From NCBI GenBank assembly GCA_963829525.1, contig CAWHIJ010000003.1:960001-1024000 (forward strand): DNA of 64,000 nt. Direction: 5' to 3'. The notes beneath the pieces were generated by a model. That model saw nothing but the letters and a program-made list of their open reading frames with translations. It was not told the DNA's origin and did not search any database. This document shows positions 47,327 through 58,592 of the stretch, one piece after another; the first letter of the stretch is position 1; each line of letters starts with the position of its first letter. This DNA comes from an uncultured Actinomycetota bacterium. Its GTDB lineage: Bacteria; Actinomycetota; Actinomycetes; JAHEKZ01. A program made the translations under genes and the position numbers.

Positions 47327-48993
47327 CGGATCTCCGTTCCGGCGTCATCGGGGAAGATGCCAGATGGCGCGCCTTTGCCGTCCCAGTTCAGCAGGTTCAC
47401 CCGACCCTTACGGCTCGTGGTGTCCAAGACTGCTTCGGAGGTCTGACGAGCCTTGAGTGCATGAAAGTTCTCGACGGCGACAGGTACCGGAAGCCCGGAC
47501 GCTTCGCCAAACGGACCGGAGCCATACATGCCGGGGCCCTCGTCAAAGTCCAACGAACACGCCGTTTCCTCGAGCTGCTTGGCCTGCTCGTTGTGCGCGG
47601 CCGGGATCACATATCGCTCTTCATACTTGGCAATGGCAAGAAGCCGGTACAGCTCGAGCACCGTGGTCTCGTCAAAGCCGACCGCCTGCGCCGCGCTCAG
47701 ATCCACGTCACGGCCGAGATTGACGTCACGCATCGTCGAACGCATGGCGGCCAACTTGCGAAGCACCTTGTCGATGACGTCGGTGTCGCCAGCGGTGAAG
47801 AGCTCGGCGAGGTACTCCTTCGGGATGCGAAGCGCGTCGATGGCTCCGAAGAGGTTTCGGGCGTCCTCGCCGTCGTTACCCGTCTCGGCGAGCGCGTCGA
47901 CCACGGGCGAGAGCGGGGGGATGTACCAAACCATCGGCATTGTCCGATACTCCGGGTGCAGCGGGAGCGCGATCTCGAACTCCTTGGCCAGTCTGTAGAC
48001 CGGCGAGTTCTGTGCAGCGGTGATCCAGTCGGGAGGAATCCCATCTCGTCGCGCGGCCTCCACAACTTGGGGGTCGTGAGGGTCGAGCATCAGGTCGAGC
48101 TGAGCCCGATAGAGATCCTTCTCTTCCTCAACAGCCGCGGCCTCCAGGACGCGATCGGCGTCGTAGAGGAAGAGACCGAGGTAGCGAAGTCGGCCGACGC
48201 AGGTCTCCGAGCAGACCGTCGGCATTCCGACCTCGATGCGCGGGTAACAGAAGGTGCACTTCTCGGCCTTCCCGGTCTTATGGTTGAAGTAGACCTTCTT
48301 GTACGGACAGCCGGAGACGCACATCCGCCAGCCACGGCAACGATCCTGGTCGACGAGGACGATCCCGTCCTCGGCGCGCTTGTACATCGCACCTGACGGA
48401 CAGGATGCGACACAGGACGGATTCAGACAGTGCTCGCAGATTCGTGGAAGGTAGAACATGAACGCTCGCTCGAAGTCGAGTCGAACGCGGTCAGCCACCT
48501 GGTCGCGGATCTTGACCAGGATGGGGTCGTCAGAGATGACCTCGGGACCACCACCGAGGTCGTCATCCCAGTTGGCCGACCACTCGATCTTCATCGGCTT
48601 GCCAGAGATCAGCGACTTAGGCTGCGCCACTGGTGTGTGCTCGCCCAACGGGGCAGAGATGAGCGTGTCGTAGTCGTACGTCCACGGCTCGTAGTAGTCG
48701 TTGAGGCTGGGCAGCTTGGGGTTGGCGAAGATCGAGGCCAGCTTCTTGAAGCGACCCCCACCCTTGAGCCGAAGGCCACCGCGGCGGGTCCTCTCCCAGC
48801 CGCCACGCCACACCTCTTGGTCTTCGTAGGTCCGCGGGTAACCCAGACCAGGCCTGGTCTCGACGTTGTTGAACCAGACGTACTCGACACCCGTGCGGTT
48901 CGTCCACGCCTGCTTGCAGGTGACGGAGCAGGTGTGGCACCCGATGCACTTATCGAGGTTCATCACCATGCCCATTTGGGCCATGACCTTCAT
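47323..48993 (-). CDS. narH: Nitrate reductase beta subunit
   Basis: Motifs NLDKCIGCHTCSVTCK, CEHCLNPSC and CRGWRMCVSGCPY. Confidence 0.98.
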   Translation of the reverse strand: MKVMAQMGMVMNLDKCIGCHTCSVTCKQAWTNRTGVEYVWFNNVETRPGLGYPRTYEDQEVWRGGWERTRRGGLRLKGGGRFKKLASIFANPKLPSLNDYYEPWTYDYDTLISAPLGEHTPVAQPKSLISGKPMKIEWSANWDDDLGGGPEVISDDPILVKIRDQVADRVRLDFERAFMFYLPRICEHCLNPSCVASCPSGAMYKRAEDGIVLVDQDRCRGWRMCVSGCPYKKVYFNHKTGKAEKCTFCYPRIEVGMPTVCSETCVGRLRYLGLFLYDADRVLEAAAVEEEKDLYRAQLDLMLDPHDPQVVEAARRDGIPPDWITAAQNSPVYRLAKEFEIALPLHPEYRTMPMVWYIPPLSPVVDALAETGNDGEDARNLFGAIDALRIPKEYLAELFTAGDTDVIDKVLRKLAAMRSTMRDVNLGRDVDLSAAQAVGFDETTVLELYRLLAIAKYEERYVIPAAHNEQAKQLEETACSLDFDEGPGMYGSGPFGEASGLPVPVAVENFHALKARQTSEAVLDTTSRKGRVNLLNWDGKGAPSGIFPDDAGTEIR

Positions 48994-51900
48994 CAGTACA
49001 CGACCTCCTGTGAGCGACGACGGATCACAGTGACCTCATCGCGTTGATTACCTGTCGGCCCGAGGTAATTGAAGAAGAAGGAGAGCTGGGCGTAGCCGCC
49101 GACGAGATGGCTCGGCTTGAGCATCAGTCGCGTCAGCGAGTTGTGAATCCCGCCGCGCATGCCTGATGTCTCGGTGCGGGGGACGTCGACCACTCGATCC
49201 TTTGCGTGGTACATGAACACCGTGCCCTTAGGCATCCGGTGTGAAACGATGGCACGAGCCACCACCACGCCGTTGCGGTTGTACGCCTCTATCCACTCGT
49301 TGTCCTTGACGCCGATCTGCTCGGCGTCCTCCACGCTCATCCAAATCTCCGGCCCTCCGCGTGAAAGGGAGAGCATGAAGAGGTTGTCCTGGTACTCGGA
49401 GTGAATGGACCACTTCGAGTGTGGTGTCAGGTACCGAACCGTCACCTCCTTACCAACGCCGCTGCCTTGATCACCGAAGATTCGGTGCATGTTGAGTGGC
49501 GGCCGGTAGATCGGCAACTGCTCACCGAGCTCGGTCATCCAGTCGTGGTCGAGGAAGAAGTGCATCCGGCCTGTCAGGGTGTGCCATGGCTTGAGACGGT
49601 CTACGTTGATGGAGAAGGCGGTGTATCGGCGGCCACCGTGCTCTGAACCTGACCACTCGGGACTGGTGATGACGGGGACCGGGCGCGCCTGGGTGTCGGG
49701 GAAGGTGATCCGCTTTCCCTCGTTGTCCAGCGCAAGGTCGGCGAGCTGACGCCCGGTGCGGGCCTCAAGCTGTCGGAACCCTTCCACAGCGACGCGGCCG
49801 TTGGTCGTCCCCGAAAGCGCCAGGATCGTCTCGCAGACGTGGACGTCCGTCACCAGTGAAGGCCGTCCGGCCGCGACGCCATCTGCGATCACGCCGTTGG
49901 TGCGGGCCAGTGCCTCGACTTCGGGGCCGGGTCTGACGTTGACACCCTTGGTAAGGGTGCCGAGCTTCTCGACGAGCGGGCCCAGCGCAGACATCTTGGC
50001 ACCGATAGCGGTGTAGTCGCGCTTGACGACGACGAACTTCGGCATCGTCACGCCAGGAACGGCCTCCACCTCGCCCGCACGCCAGTCCTTGACGATCCCG
50101 TGGGGCACAGACATCGCATCTGGGGTGTCGTGCAGCAGCGGGACCATGACGAGGTCTTCACGCTCGTCGAGGTGTCCGGCAGCAAGGTCGGAGACCTTGC
50201 GGCCAAGGGCGTGGAAGATATCGTGGTCGCTCTTGGTCTCCCACGGTGGATCGATGGCCGGGGTGAAGGCGTGCACGAATGGGTGCATGTCCGTGCTGGA
50301 AAGGTCATGCTTCTCGTACCAGGTAGCTGCCGGCAGCAGGATGTCGCTGTAGAGACCGGTACCGGTCATCCGGAAGTCGATGGAGACGAGCAAGTCGAGC
50401 TTGCCCTCGTCCGGAGTCTCGCGCCACGCGACATCTCGTGGCCGATGCTCTTCAGCGCTCTCCTCCGCCCGCACAGCGTGGTCGGTTCCGAGTAGATGCT
50501 TGAGGAAGTACTCGTTGCCCTTGCTCGACGAACCGAGCAGGTTGGCGCGCCAGACGGTGAGGATGCGTGGCCAGTTCTCCGGGGCGTCCGGGTCGTCGAT
50601 CGCGAACGAGAGATCGCCGGACTTGATCTGTTCCACGACATAGTCGTCAGCGTCAGCGCCGGCGGCTCGCGCCTCGTCGGCGAGGTCGAGAGAGTTGCGG
50701 TTGAGCGAGGGGTAGGACGGCATCCAGCCCGATCGCGCCGACTGCGCGAGTGTGTCGATGGCGGTCATCCCGTTCCAACGGCCGGAGCCAAGGGGAGAGG
50801 CGAGAGTGTCGGCAGGTAGTCCGTCGTACCGCCACTGCCCGGTATTGACGTACCAGAACGCGGTGCCGATCATCTGCCGCGGTGGACGCTGCCAGTCGAG
50901 GCCGAAAGCGAGCTGGGCCCACCCGGTGACCGGACGACACTTCTCTTGCCCGACGTAGTGCGCCCACCCGCCACCGTTGATCCCTTGGCAGCCGGTCAGG
51001 GTCACGAGCGCCAGGAAGGTCCGGTAGATCGTGTCGGAGTGGAACCAGTGATTGGTCCCGGCTCCCATCAGAATCATCGATCTGCCCCCGGAGTCCTCGG
51101 CGTTCTGTGCGAACTCCCGCCCTATGCGTAGGGCTTGCTCAGCGGGAACGCCCGTAATCTCTTCCTGCCACGCCGGGGTGTAAGGCGCTGGATCGTCGTA
51201 CCCTGTCGGCCACTGGCCTGGAAGTCCGTCGCGCCCAACGCCGTACTGCGCGAGCATGAGATCAAAGACTGTGGTGACGGTCATATCGCCGAGTTGAGCG
51301 ACCGGAACGCCGCGACGCAGGATGCCGCCGCCCTCGTTCTGCTCCTGACCGAGATCGAAGCGCGGGAGGAGGATTTCGGCGGTGTCAGTGTTCTCCGCCC
51401 CGTGCAGTGAGAGCGCCGGCTCGACGCCTTCGAGGTCGAGGTTCCAGTGCCCCTTGCCTGACTCACTGAAACGGTCTCCGAGCGATCCATGCGGAACGTG
51501 CGGGCGCCCAGTTGCCGAGTCGACCAGAACCGGCTTCCACGCGGCGGCTTCGGTCTCGATGCCGAGGTCCTCGGCGGTCACGAACTTGTCAGGTACCCAT
51601 GCCCCGTCCTGCTCACGAAGCCGAACCAGGTAGGGCAAGTCGGTGTACTGCTGGACGTAGTCGATGAACCGAGGCACCTGACGGTCGACAAAGAACTCTT
51701 TGAGCACAACATGGCCCATGGCCATGCCCAGTGCACCGTCGGTCCCTGGATGAGGGGCGAGCCACTCGTCAGCGAACTTTGTGTTGTCGGCGTAGTCAGG
51801 GCTGACGACGACGACCTTCTGGCCGCGGTAGCGCGCCTCGGTCATGAAGTGAGCGTCCGGCGTCCTCGTTACCGGGACGTTCGAGCCCCACATGATGAGG

Positions 51901-52670
51901 TAGCTGGAGTTGAACCAGTCGGCTGACTCTGGGACGTCGGTCTGGTCACCGAATACCTGGGGTGATGCGACGGGCAGGTCGGCGTACCAGTCGTAGAACG
52001 ACAGCATGGCCCCTCCCAGCATGCTGATGAATCGGGCGCCAGCTGCGTGCGAGGCCATTGACATGGCCGGAATCGGGCTGAACCCGAAGACTCGGTCAGG
52101 ACCGTACTTCTTGATGGTGTGCACATGAGCCGCTGCAACGAGTTCGGCAACCTCATCCCAGTGGGCGCGCACCAAGCCACCCTTGCCGCGTGCGCGTTGG
52201 TAGCGGCGACGCTTCTCTGGGTCGTCGACCACGGCAGCCCACGCAGCTACTGGGTCACCATGCAGCTTCTTGGCTTCGCGGTACATCTCGAGCAGGGCGC
52301 CGCGCACGTATGGGTAACGAAGCCGCGTGGGGGAGTAGGTGTACCAACTGAAGGCAGCACCCCTTGGGCATCCACGTGGCTCGTACTCCGGTGAGTTCGC
52401 TCCGATCGAGGGATAGTCGGTCTGTTGCGTTTCCCAGGTGATGATGCCGTCCTTGACGTAGACCTTCCACGAGCACGACCCGGTGCAGTTGACGCCGTGG
52501 GTTGAGCGGACGACCTTGTCGTGGCTCCAACGGTCGCGGTAGAAGATGTCGCCCTCACGACCACCTTCGTGGGTGACGGTGCGGAGATCGCCAGACACTT
52601 CGGACCGGCGAAGCAGTCGTCCGGCTTTGACAAGCAGGTCAGCAGCTGGACCGTCGGTGCGAATGGTCAT
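48993..52670 (-). CDS. narG: Nitrate reductase alpha subunit
   Basis: Motifs STHGVNCTGSCSW, EPRGCPRG, SFYDWYADLP and TPHSKWSIHSEY. Confidence 0.98.
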   Translation of the reverse strand: MTIRTDGPAADLLVKAGRLLRRSEVSGDLRTVTHEGGREGDIFYRDRWSHDKVVRSTHGVNCTGSCSWKVYVKDGIITWETQQTDYPSIGANSPEYEPRGCPRGAAFSWYTYSPTRLRYPYVRGALLEMYREAKKLHGDPVAAWAAVVDDPEKRRRYQRARGKGGLVRAHWDEVAELVAAAHVHTIKKYGPDRVFGFSPIPAMSMASHAAGARFISMLGGAMLSFYDWYADLPVASPQVFGDQTDVPESADWFNSSYLIMWGSNVPVTRTPDAHFMTEARYRGQKVVVVSPDYADNTKFADEWLAPHPGTDGALGMAMGHVVLKEFFVDRQVPRFIDYVQQYTDLPYLVRLREQDGAWVPDKFVTAEDLGIETEAAAWKPVLVDSATGRPHVPHGSLGDRFSESGKGHWNLDLEGVEPALSLHGAENTDTAEILLPRFDLGQEQNEGGGILRRGVPVAQLGDMTVTTVFDLMLAQYGVGRDGLPGQWPTGYDDPAPYTPAWQEEITGVPAEQALRIGREFAQNAEDSGGRSMILMGAGTNHWFHSDTIYRTFLALVTLTGCQGINGGGWAHYVGQEKCRPVTGWAQLAFGLDWQRPPRQMIGTAFWYVNTGQWRYDGLPADTLASPLGSGRWNGMTAIDTLAQSARSGWMPSYPSLNRNSLDLADEARAAGADADDYVVEQIKSGDLSFAIDDPDAPENWPRILTVWRANLLGSSSKGNEYFLKHLLGTDHAVRAEESAEEHRPRDVAWRETPDEGKLDLLVSIDFRMTGTGLYSDILLPAATWYEKHDLSSTDMHPFVHAFTPAIDPPWETKSDHDIFHALGRKVSDLAAGHLDEREDLVMVPLLHDTPDAMSVPHGIVKDWRAGEVEAVPGVTMPKFVVVKRDYTAIGAKMSALGPLVEKLGTLTKGVNVRPGPEVEALARTNGVIADGVAAGRPSLVTDVHVCETILALSGTTNGRVAVEGFRQLEARTGRQLADLALDNEGKRITFPDTQARPVPVITSPEWSGSEHGGRRYTAFSINVDRLKPWHTLTGRMHFFLDHDWMTELGEQLPIYRPPLNMHRIFGDQGSGVGKEVTVRYLTPHSKWSIHSEYQDNLFMLSLSRGGPEIWMSVEDAEQIGVKDNEWIEAYNRNGVVVARAIVSHRMPKGTVFMYHAKDRVVDVPRTETSGMRGGIHNSLTRLMLKPSHLVGGYAQLSFFFNYLGPTGNQRDEVTVIRRRSQEVVY

Positions 52671-52692
52671 GAGGCTTCCTTTGTCTCTTTGG

Positions 52693-53346
52693 CTACGCCG
52701 AGGGTGTGACGGGCCCGAGGTGGGCGACGCAAAGGCCAGGTCGGGCATCTATGTCGAAGTCGTTCACGGCAAGTCCGGACTCGGTGACGGCCAATGATCC
52801 GCGCATGAGCCCGAGGTGAATCTCGCAAACGCCGGGGAAGGCTTCCCGGATCGACGAGTAGGGGCAGGCGCGCAGGTAGATGCGATCGGAGAGTGGTTCG
52901 GTGGCAGCGTCGAAACCGAGCTCGGAGAACAGGGTCGTTACCTGCTCGACGGCATCGGCAGACGACGAGGTGGCTCGGAGGCGACCTTCTTCCACCAAAG
53001 CCTGGGCCCAGAGCAGACCGGCTTCGTCAGCCGTTCGCTGGTCGGTGCCGCCGATGATCGTGAGCTCGTTGGCGAGCGCTGCGGCGAGAGTCTTGTAGGC
53101 GTCCTGCTGCCGAGGCTCATCGGGTGCAAGTTCGTAGAGGACGCGTGGTCGTCCGCGCCCTCCGGTGTGCTCGCTCTCGCGGCTCACGATGCCGAGGTGG
53201 ACGAGCAGTTCCAGGTGACCGCGCACTGTGTTGACGTGAAGACCGACCTGCTCGGCGATGTCGGCGACGGAGAGCGGTGCATGCGCTTCCCGGATGGCCT
53301 GCAGGACCGCCTGGCGGCCTTGCCTGGCCTCCCGCTCGTCGCCCAT
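52693..53346 (-). CDS. Winged-HTH regulator with three C-terminal Cys (ArnR/SufR-like)
   Basis: HTH GLHVNTVRGHL and GRGRPRVLY; Cys motifs LRACPY, VCEIHLG and LCVAHL. Confidence 0.82.
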   Translation of the reverse strand: MGDEREARQGRQAVLQAIREAHAPLSVADIAEQVGLHVNTVRGHLELLVHLGIVSRESEHTGGRGRPRVLYELAPDEPRQQDAYKTLAAALANELTIIGGTDQRTADEAGLLWAQALVEEGRLRATSSSADAVEQVTTLFSELGFDAATEPLSDRIYLRACPYSSIREAFPGVCEIHLGLMRGSLAVTESGLAVNDFDIDARPGLCVAHLGPVTPSA

Positions 53347-53413
53347 CGCTGCTCCCGCGCTTGATTCCGTTTTAATGGCCAGTTGGATCCTTGCGCGTCG
53401 GTGACGCCAGGTC

Positions 53414-53431
53414 TTGGGACTTTGGTCCCGC
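53414..53431. promoter_or_regulatory. DosR/DevR-box-like site
   Basis: TTGGGACTTTGGTCCCGC compared with consensus TTSGGGACTWWAGTCCCSAA; a weaker copy GGGACCGTGGAACC lies at 53508-53521. Confidence 0.6.
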
Positions 53432-53579
53432 TTTCTGACGCCTTTCTGAGCGTGAGAGTCGATGAGCCATTTGAAACGGAGGGCAGCGATTTCAGCTGAT
53501 TAAGCACGGGACCGTGGAACCTGATTGCCGAGTGACTGCCCTTCTACCGTCGAGTGGGCATTCGACGAAGGAGCAACTC

Positions 53580-54962
53580 ATGACGACCACCGCCCCCGCG
53601 GCCCCCGACAGGACGTCGGAGCCGACGATGGCACGCCAAGAGGCACCCGGAAGTACCCGCGTCCTGGTGCTGTCGACCCTGTCGTTCACCTTGATGTTCG
53701 GTGTCTGGCTGATGTTCGGAGTTCTCGGCATTCCGATCCAGGCCGAGTTTGGGCTCTCGGACTCGCAGTTGGCGTGGATCGTGGCTGTCGCCATCTTGAA
53801 CGGCTCGCTCTGGCGTCTGCTGCTAGGAGTACTGACCGACCGCATCGGTGGACGCGTTATCACCATCACCATGCTGTTGGTCACCGCAGTACCGACATTT
53901 CTGGTATCCCAGCTCGACCTGACCTACGGGCTGCTCTTGCTGCTGGCCTTCCTGATCGGCTTCGCCGGCAACCTCTTCAGCGTGGGCATCGCTTGGAATG
54001 CTGCCTGGTTCACCCGGGCCCATCAGGGCTTCGCGCTGGGCATCTTTGGAGCAGGCAACGTCGGCGCGTCGTTGACGAAGTTCTTCGGGCCGGTGCTCAT
54101 CACTGCAACGGCCGGCAGTGTCTATCTTGGGGGACGGATCGAGGGCGGGTGGCGGCTCATCCCCGTGATCTACTCCGTCGCGCTCGTCGGCATGGCGATC
54201 ATCGTTTGGGTTCTGGCGCCGCGGCACGATCGAAAGCCAGGTCAGAGCAGGCCGCTCGGCGAGATGTTCCGGCCGCTGCGCGACGTTCGGGTGTGGCGTT
54301 TCAGTCTCTACTACGTGGCGGTGTTCGGCGCCTATGTCGCTCTGGCGGCTTGGCTACCGCACTACTACGTGAACGTGTACGGACTTGAGCTGCAGGCCGC
54401 CGCACTGCTCACAGCGCTCTTCATCTTTCCTGCGTCACTCCTTCGCCCCTTGGGGGGCTGGATGTCAGACCGGTACGGCGCTCGCCGGCTCATGTACTTC
54501 ACCTTTGGTCTCATGCTGACCGCACTGCTTTTCCTCGCTGCGCCCTTTGGCTACATCGTGCTCGAAACTTCGGAAGGCGCCCGAGAGGTAATGCCGTACT
54601 CGCTCGGCGTCGTTCCGTTCACGGTCTTGATCTTCCTTGTCGGCGTAGCAATGGGCATCGGTAAGGCAGCGGTCTACAAGCACATCCCCGAGTACTTCCC
54701 GGAGGACGTCGGTGCAGTGGGCGGCCTTGTGGGGATGCTCGGCGCCCTGGGGGGATTCTTCCTCCCTCCCCTCTTTGTGGCTGCGACCAGCTGGGTCGGG
54801 ATTCCTCAAGCCACGTTCATGGTGCTGTTCGTCCTCACCGCCTTCTGCGCAATTTGGATGCACCTCACTGTGATGCAGATGCTTCATCGGGCTAGCCCTG
54901 AGCTGAGTCGAAACCTTGAACAAAAGTCCCCAGCAAGTTCATCTGTCACGTCAGGAGTCTGA
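53580..54962 (+). CDS. narK: Nitrate/nitrite transporter (NNP/MFS)
   Basis: Nitrate signatures GFALGIFGAGNVG and GAVGGLVGMLGALGGF; AAGGAG RBS. Confidence 0.92.
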   Translation: MTTTAPAAPDRTSEPTMARQEAPGSTRVLVLSTLSFTLMFGVWLMFGVLGIPIQAEFGLSDSQLAWIVAVAILNGSLWRLLLGVLTDRIGGRVITITMLLVTAVPTFLVSQLDLTYGLLLLLAFLIGFAGNLFSVGIAWNAAWFTRAHQGFALGIFGAGNVGASLTKFFGPVLITATAGSVYLGGRIEGGWRLIPVIYSVALVGMAIIVWVLAPRHDRKPGQSRPLGEMFRPLRDVRVWRFSLYYVAVFGAYVALAAWLPHYYVNVYGLELQAAALLTALFIFPASLLRPLGGWMSDRYGARRLMYFTFGLMLTALLFLAAPFGYIVLETSEGAREVMPYSLGVVPFTVLIFLVGVAMGIGKAAVYKHIPEYFPEDVGAVGGLVGMLGALGGFFLPPLFVAATSWVGIPQATFMVLFVLTAFCAIWMHLTVMQMLHRASPELSRNLEQKSPASSSVTSGV

Positions 54963-54964
54963 GC

Positions 54965-56368
54965 ATGTCCGGATCAACCCAACTCGACCACCCTCGCGGC
55001 AAGGAGTGGCTCACCAACTGGGACCCAGAGAATGCCGATACTTGGGACTCTCCGCTCGCCTGGCGGACGCTCGGGGTCACCACATTCGCCCTGACGCTCG
55101 CGTTCTCCACCTGGTTTCTTGCGAGCGCTTTAGCACCGATCCTGACCAACCTCGGATTTGTCCTGAGCAAGGGCCAGCTCTACTGGCTCGCTGCCATGCC
55201 TGGCCTGGCTGGCGGATCGTTGCGGCTGATCTGGATGTTCCTGCCGCCCATTCTGGGAACCCGAAAACTTGTCACAGTCACGACGGCGCTGTTACTGCTG
55301 CCGTTGGCTGGATGGGCCATTGCGATCCAGAACAACGAAACCCCCTATTGGGTGCTGATGACCCTGGCCTTCTTCGCGGGTATCGGTGGCGGTGCTTTCA
55401 GCGGCTTCATGCCGAGCACGTCGTACTTCTTTCCGCGGCGCCTGCAGGGCACCGCACTGGGTCTGCAGGCCGGCATCGGGAACTTCGGTGTCAGCCTCGT
55501 ACAGTTCCTCACCCCCCTCGTGGTGGGCGTCAGCATGGTCGGCGCCTCGCAGGTGTTCACCGATCCGGCGACCGGAGACACGAAAGACGTCTGGTACCAG
55601 AACGCGGCCCTCGTGTACGTGCCGCTGGTGCTGATCGCGGCCATTCTGGCGTGGACGATGCTCAAGAGCGTTCCGGTCATCGCCAACTTCAAGCAGCAGA
55701 TGGATATCTACAGCAACCAGGACACCTGGTGGATGACCTACCTCTATGTGATGACCTTCGGCACCTTTGCCGGACTCAGTGCGCAGTTCGGGTTGTTGCT
55801 GAAGAACCTCTACGGAGCCGGTAACACCGCGATCGTCGAGACAGCTGCCAACGGATCAACCCAACTACTCATCCAGGGCTACTCCGTGCCCAATCCGATC
55901 AAGTATGTGTGGCTTGGCCCGTTGATCGGAGCCGGTGCGCGAGTGGTGTTCAGTCCGTTGACCGACAAGATGGGTGGCGCGATCTGGACACTTATCTCGG
56001 GGATCGGCCTTGTGGCCACCATCTCGTACACGATCACGACGCTGTCCCCAGACCCCACTGCGGGGGCTGAGGCACTGCACACCGACTTCACCCACTTCCT
56101 CTGGGGCATGCTCGCCATCTTCTTGTTCGCTGGCATCGGGAACGCCTCCACCTTCAAGCAGATGCCGATGATCTTCGAACGACGACAGGCCGGTGGGGTG
56201 ATTGGGTGGACGGCTGCGATCGCGGCGTTCGGGCCGTTCTTCTTCGGAGCGATTCTGGCCTGGTCCGAGCCGGAGCTCTTCTTCTCCCTTGGTGTCATCT
56301 ACGCCGTCATCGGCGTCGGCATCACCTGGGTGCGGTACGCGCGACCGGGAGCACCCAAGCCCGGCTAA
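54965..56368 (+). CDS. narK: Second nitrate/nitrite transporter (NarK2-like)
   Basis: Motifs WDPEN, GIGGGAFSGFMPSTSYFFP, GIGNFGVS and GIGNASTFK. Confidence 0.92.
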   Translation: MSGSTQLDHPRGKEWLTNWDPENADTWDSPLAWRTLGVTTFALTLAFSTWFLASALAPILTNLGFVLSKGQLYWLAAMPGLAGGSLRLIWMFLPPILGTRKLVTVTTALLLLPLAGWAIAIQNNETPYWVLMTLAFFAGIGGGAFSGFMPSTSYFFPRRLQGTALGLQAGIGNFGVSLVQFLTPLVVGVSMVGASQVFTDPATGDTKDVWYQNAALVYVPLVLIAAILAWTMLKSVPVIANFKQQMDIYSNQDTWWMTYLYVMTFGTFAGLSAQFGLLLKNLYGAGNTAIVETAANGSTQLLIQGYSVPNPIKYVWLGPLIGAGARVVFSPLTDKMGGAIWTLISGIGLVATISYTITTLSPDPTAGAEALHTDFTHFLWGMLAIFLFAGIGNASTFKQMPMIFERRQAGGVIGWTAAIAAFGPFFFGAILAWSEPELFFSLGVIYAVIGVGITWVRYARPGAPKPG

Positions 56369-56383
56369 CCCCCATCAGGGCGG

Positions 56384-58592
56384 TCAGGGGGTGAAGGACC
56401 TCAGCCTGAGGGAGTTCCCCATCACAAAGAGGCTGGACGCCGCCATGGCCAGGCCAGCGATGATGGGGTTCAAAAGGCCAGCAGCAGCGAGCGGGATCGC
56501 GGCGACGTTATAGGCGAAAGCCCAGAAGAGGTTGCCCTTGATGGTGGCCAACACTCTGCGCGAGAGCTTGATGGCGTCCGGTGCGGCGCGAAGGTCACCG
56601 CGCACCAGCGTCAGATCGCTGGCCTGCATCGCAGCGTCGGTCCCGGTGCCCATCGCCAGTCCGAGGTCTGCAGTCGCAAGCGCGGGAGCGTCGTTGACGC
56701 CGTCACCGACCATGGCGACCACGCGGCCCTCTTGTTGAAGGCGTCGGACCTCGTCGACCTTGCCCTCGGGGAGCACCCCGGACACCACCAGGTCGATGCC
56801 GACCTCGGCGGCCACCGCTGATGCGGTTGTCGCATGGTCGCCGGTGAGCAGGATTGGCTCGAGCCCGAGATGGCGCAGCTCGCCGATGGCTTCGGCGCTG
56901 GTGGGCTTGACCGTGTCGCTGACCGCAATGTATCCGTGAACCGTGCCGTCCCAGGCAACGACGGCAACCGTGGCGCCACGGCCCTGTGCCTCTGAGACCG
57001 CGCGAGCCGTTCGGTCGGGGATGGGCACGCTCCAGTCAGCCATCCACGCGAGTTGGCCGACCACGACGGCGCGGCCGTCGACCACGCCGACGACGCCACG
57101 ACCACCATGGTTGGCGAACCCGTCGACGGGAGGGAGCGCCCCAACAGCCGCACGTGCGTGGGTCGCGATTGCCCTGCCGACCGGGTGCTCAGAGGCGTCC
57201 TCTACGGCCCCAGCAATGCGGAGGAGTTCGGTCTGATCGGTGCCGGGCATGCGCCACTACTTCCGTCACCGACATGCGTCCGGTGGTCACCGTCCCGGTC
57301 TTGTCGAGAACGATCGTGTCGATGCTGCGCGTCGACTCCAGAATCTCTGGACCGCGAATGACGATGCCGAGCTGCGCACCGCGTCCTGTCCCGACCAACA
57401 GCGCGGTTGGTGTCGCCAGCCCCAGAGCACAGGGGCAGGCGATGATCAGGACAGCAACTGCAGAGGTGAAAGCTTCAGCCGTTGACCCGGTGGCGAGATA
57501 CCAGCCGACCCACGTTGCCGCGGCGATAGCGATGACGAATGGCACGAAGACAGCTGCAACCCGGTCGGCGAGGCGCTGGACGGGTGCCTTGCCCGCTTGA
57601 GCCGCTGAGACCAGGGCAGCCATCTGCGCGAGCTGCGTGTCGGCGCCGACGCGGGTTGCACGAACCACCAGACGGCCACCGACGTTCACCGTCGCACCGA
57701 CGACGGCATCGCCGGCACCAACCTCGACCGGGACACTCTCTCCGGTCAGCATCGAGGTGTCGACAGCCGATAGCCCTTCGAGGACAACTCCGTCGGTGGC
57801 GATCTGCTCACCCGGGCGTACGACGAAGAGGTCGCCGACGGCGAGCTGTTCAATGGGGATGCGCGACTCCACGTCGTCGCGGAGGACTGCGACATCCTTG
57901 GCACCGAGGCTGAGGAGCGCGCGGAGGGCGGCACCGGACTGTTGCTTGGCGCGCCTTTCGAGGTAGCGACCGGCCACGATGAAGACCGTCACGACCGACG
58001 CGACCTCTAGGTAGATCTCTTCGTCACCAGATGCGTTGAGACTGACGGTCATCGTCATGCCGGTCATGCCGGCGTCACCGAAGAAGAGTGCGTACACCGA
58101 CCAGAGGTATGCAGCGCCAACACCGACGCTGATCAAGGTGTCCATCGTCGTTGTGCCATGTCGGAGGTTGACCCAGGCGGCCTGGTGGAACGGCCACGCC
58201 CCCCAAACGGCGACGGGCGAGGCCAGAGTGAGCGCCAGCCACTGCCAGTTGTCGAACTGCAGTGCCGGAATCATCGACATGAGGAGGACCGGGGTCGCCA
58301 ACACGGTGGAGACGATGAGTCGCTGACGCCACATCGCCGTCTCGGGGTCGAGGCTGTCGGCTGCTGGCTCGTTGTCGAGAGTCGGCAGCGCTGCTGAGTA
58401 TCCGAGCTTCTCGACGGTCGCGATTATCGCGTCGGTGCCGATGGAACCATCCGAGACGTTCACACGAGCGGTCTCGGTGGCGTAGTTGACGCTCGCCGAC
58501 ACGCCCTCGAGTTTGTTGAGCTTCTTCTCGATCCGGGCCGCGCAAGATGCGCAGGTCATGCCGTCGATCGTGAGCTCGACCGACTCGCTCAT
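56384..58592 (-). CDS. copA: Cu(I)-type P1B ATPase, +1 frameshift near 57251
   Basis: GMTCASC, TGES, CPC and DKTGT lie in one frame; SEHP, TGD, GDGVND, YN and MAASS lie in the next. Confidence 0.9.
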
